Shown here one piece after another: positions 60,673 to 64,000 of a DNA stretch of 64,000 nt. Below the pieces are notes generated by a model. It made no database searches. It had not been told where the DNA came from and worked only from the letters and a program-made list of their open reading frames with translations. Position numbers and translations under genes: made by a program. Where the stretch lies: NCBI GenBank assembly GCA_964106915.2, contig OZ066915.1, one strand, 5' to 3'. The DNA is from Podarcis gaigeae (taxonomy: Eukaryota). The stretch's first letter is position 1, and each line of letters begins with the position of its first letter.

Positions 60673-60678
60673 TTTATT
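60673..60678 (-). terminator. Polyadenylation signal of a convergent - strand gene
   Basis: Minus strand reads tgtacaaaataatatctgtactttc...gAATAAActatttacactg, then GU-rich gtggtgatggtgggtgtt. Confidence 0.6.
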
Positions 60679-61650
60679 TCGTCGTTTTTTTTGAAAGTAC
60701 AGATATTATTTTGTACAGCAGTATTTGTTTTAAAATGGGTGTGGGCTGAAAAGAATGGCAGTTTATATTCTGAGGAGCAGAGAAGGGACACTGGTACATA
60801 GTTACACTAAACGCATGACTTGAGGAACAGTTGGGGACTATGGGGGGAGAAAGATTCCTTCCAACCTGGAAAGCCCTAGCACTGCAATGTGCACATTCCC
60901 TTTGGACAGATGCAGCTGTGGGCTAGTACTGGAGCCGTGCAGAATACAGGGGCTTTCAACCACATAGTCATTTCACACTGTTCCACAGGATGGTATAAAA
61001 TTGGAGCTGGATTTTTAGCTAAAGGTGTGGCAAGTGTGTACCACTACCTCCAATGCTGCTTTATATCAGCTGGGCAACTGCTCCCACTGGATTAGAGCAA
61101 TTCTGGATTTTAAGGTGAACTTCAGAAACTACCACACAAACAGCAACAATATTTTACATTTTTTTACGCACCCAGCAGAAGTCTTTTTTTGAAACAGTGG
61201 TGACACAGGGGTAGGAGGAACATCAGACTCACTACAGAAAACCCTAAGATAGTAACCAACCTTTAACACATGGTGTTTGTGTAATTATGACGTCTGCTAA
61301 TACTTTTCAATGCTGAAAAAGAGTGCAGTGCTCAAATAAAACTCCTCAGCTGTGCTACCTTCTTAGTTCACTGTTCCTTTCTTTTAAGGACTACTAACCT
61401 GTCTGGATGAATTGCTCCTCCTCATAGCAATTTCTGATGCAAAGTCACTCTGGTCAAGCTTAATTCTGGTACCACTAAAAGCACCCTTCCATCATAACAA
61501 CATCACCATGGTTTGTGTGTGGGCATGTGTGTCGAGTCAGTGCAACAGGCCAGGTCCTAAGTGAGGTTGTATTACCAGCTCCCACAGAGATCATGAATGT
61601 GTGTGTGGATTAAATAGTTGTTGCAGATTGATGTAACATTCATTCTAAGG

Positions 61651-61786
61651 CAGACATGGCCAAACTTAGCCCTCCAGCTGTTTTGGGACTATAACTCCCA
61701 TCATCCCTAGCTAACAGGACCAGTGGTCAGGGATGATGGGAATTTTAGTCCCAAAACAGCTGGAGGGCCAAGTTTGGCCATGCCTG
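61651..61786. mobile_element. Young intact palindromic hAT MITE
   Basis: TIRs cagacatggccaaactt / aagtttggccatgcctg; perfect 8-bp TSD ttctaagg (61643-61650, 61787-61794). Confidence 0.92.
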
Positions 61787-64000
61787 TTCTAAGGGCACTG
61801 GCAATGGATCTGTGGACTCCAGCTCTGCAGCTTGCATTACACATACATAGCAGCAGCCTTAATGTTGCAGCAGAAAAATGTGTCTTACTCTCACTCTTGC
61901 CCTAGGGCCAGACTCTCTTACTACTTTTTAAAAAAATGGCACATGTGTGTTTTATGCATACAATTTTTCCACCATGTGGGGAAAAAATATCAAACATTAA
62001 AAAGCAACACAGCAAACCATTTCAGGGGACAATGTGTGTTGGCAATTTCACAGGTGCTAACCAAGTGGGACCCACAAGCACTAACTTGGTCCATCCATGT
62101 TCCAAACATAACCAGGCAGAGCCAGTTTCCACTTTCTCTAGGACAGAAAATGTACAGTTAGGTGGATGGCAGTGCTGAAACTCTTAATTTAACTCTGCTC
62201 CTCGCTGTTATTCTTTCTAGAATAACAAACTAGAATCTGGGGAGCGCACACTCATTCCTTCAATCCTCTAGTTCTGCTTTGTCTCCAGCAGGATACTGCC
62301 TTTGCAGCTTGTACACTGGGACCTAGTCTGAGAAGCCAAGTTCTGTTTAGTATAATTAACAAAGGGCCACAGATCTATTCACAAGAGTACACTCGGCCTC
62401 TCCCGCTTCTGTAGAAGGGGATGCTGTGGTGCACAAGAAGGGGATGGATGCATTCAAGGTAGAGAATAACTAGAAGTCAAGTGTCACAGGTGGGAGAACA
62501 GAAGCAGCACTCCCAACCCCAGTCTAAACACAGCACCACGTTGTTTTCCCTCAATGATGAAGGGAAAGAGTTACTATTAAAGTGCAAATTGAACCTTGTC
62601 AATACCTAGTAAAGATCACACACAGGCACCATCTCCAGCCTACCTGTCCCAGGAGAACAGACTGGAGCAAGACCTAACCACCTGCTCTAGGATATTGGTT
62701 TTTCTGCAATGGTGGCACCACTGTTTGCTGGTACGTAGTATAGGAATCTGTAGGCGATCAAACACAGAAGGCCAGATTCCTGATAACCTGCTGCTGTTAG
62801 AGATACAGGAGGGTCACAGGTGTAGCTCAAGAGAAGAGAAAAGGTCTGTGCAAACTTAATTTAGGGTAGAAATAGGTATGCAGCCCCCCCCATGCTTTAA
62901 AATCCATTCACAATATTTAGTGTTATAAAAATGTAATACAAAAGTCAAAGCAAGATTGTGAGGGTGGCAAAGAGAGAAGGGGGGGGGAAGGTGGCTTAGC
63001 ATGGTCTTTCTATGCATCTTGCAGCACAAAACCCTTGCTCCAAGACACCAACACAACGCTGCCTGAGAGGGTTTTGGGGCAGCCAGACCGAGGGGCTTCA
63101 AGTCTTCTCCTATCCTCTATGCCAAGGCAGAAGCTTGCTTTGTAGTCTGTGTGTGGATAGTATGCAGAAGACCAGCACTTCCAATATGCAAGTATCCATC
63201 ACATGAGCCCCCCAAACACACCATTACCTTTTAAGCCAATGATTACCACAAGAAATAGGAAAATCCCTTTGAGATCAATACAGTACTTTTTTTTTTGTTA
63301 GCTTGATTTAAAGGGGTTGTTTTTAATGACCTTAAGTAGATGTGCATGAGAAGTAAATCACTTCAATATAAGCAATAAGGTTAGGGGTTTTTTTAAATTA
63401 AAAAAATCAGCTACATGCCCTAATGTTATTCAGCTCACTGGGGATTATCCTCACCTAGCAATTAGCCAAACTCAGTGGGGAGAAACAGGCTGCATCAGCT
63501 TGAAGCAGTAGATTGAGTCCCTTGTGCTCAGTCACAAATCATAGCAAAGTTAGAATTGCCCTTGCCCTTAATGCTTGTCATTCTTCCATGGTACCAAGGA
63601 GTCAAATTAGGCTTTCATTAAAAATAAACTACTGTTTTTAGAGCTTTACTGCATGTTATTCAAAATAATTATTTCATCATATGGTTGTATGTTGCTCGCT
63701 CTGAGCATCAAAAGGATATAAATAAATATTCCTTGCCAGAGTGCTTGTCCCTTACTCTCCTGTTGTTGCATGGATCTAGTCTGAGAGACAACTCTGGGAG
63801 AAAGCCACTTATTTTGAGCACACTGTGATTTCTTTTACAGTATGGAAGGGAAAACACAAATTTCTTCTTAAACTCTTGTGTGTTTTGCAGATAAAGCAGC
63901 AGTCAGAGTTATCAACTATGTAGCAACTTTTGGTAAAACATATTGCCCTGTTCCACAGCCATAGTCTCGAAACCACTGCAACAGGGGTGACAGAAAGGTG

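Overview
Eukaryotic, intron-rich vertebrate DNA from a squamate reptile (two Sauria SINEs; probably a lacertid-type lizard). Exons were mapped by hand from splice sites and reading phase. Two complete + strand genes are present. (1) MAP2K7 (MKK7, the JNK kinase): CpG-island promoter, 12 coding exons at 2387-29012, 439 aa with or 423 aa without the 48-nt cassette exon 2, and a probably very long 3'UTR. (2) A betaglycan-family type I membrane protein at the syntenic position of TGFBR3L: 15-16 coding exons at 45557-57865/59450, about 759 aa. Unlike the short mammalian TGFBR3L it keeps the whole N-terminal orphan domain. Unlike TGFBR3 it lacks the core of ZP-N, the GAG-attachment segment and the PDZ-binding tail. 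Its TATA promoter lies in a cluster of NR5A1/SF-1 motifs. The right end looks like the 3'UTR of a convergent - strand gene whose CDS is outside the window. Repeats include Sauria and other tRNA-derived SINEs, L2 and CR1 LINE fragments, hAT and Tc1/mariner MITEs, and two Penelope-type termini: one carries a minimal hammerhead ribozyme core, the other is a perfect 140-bp palindrome. Most ORFs in the supplied track are spurious or only partly overlap real exons. Family assignments and comparisons with human or rodent proteins come from recalled sequence, not database searches.
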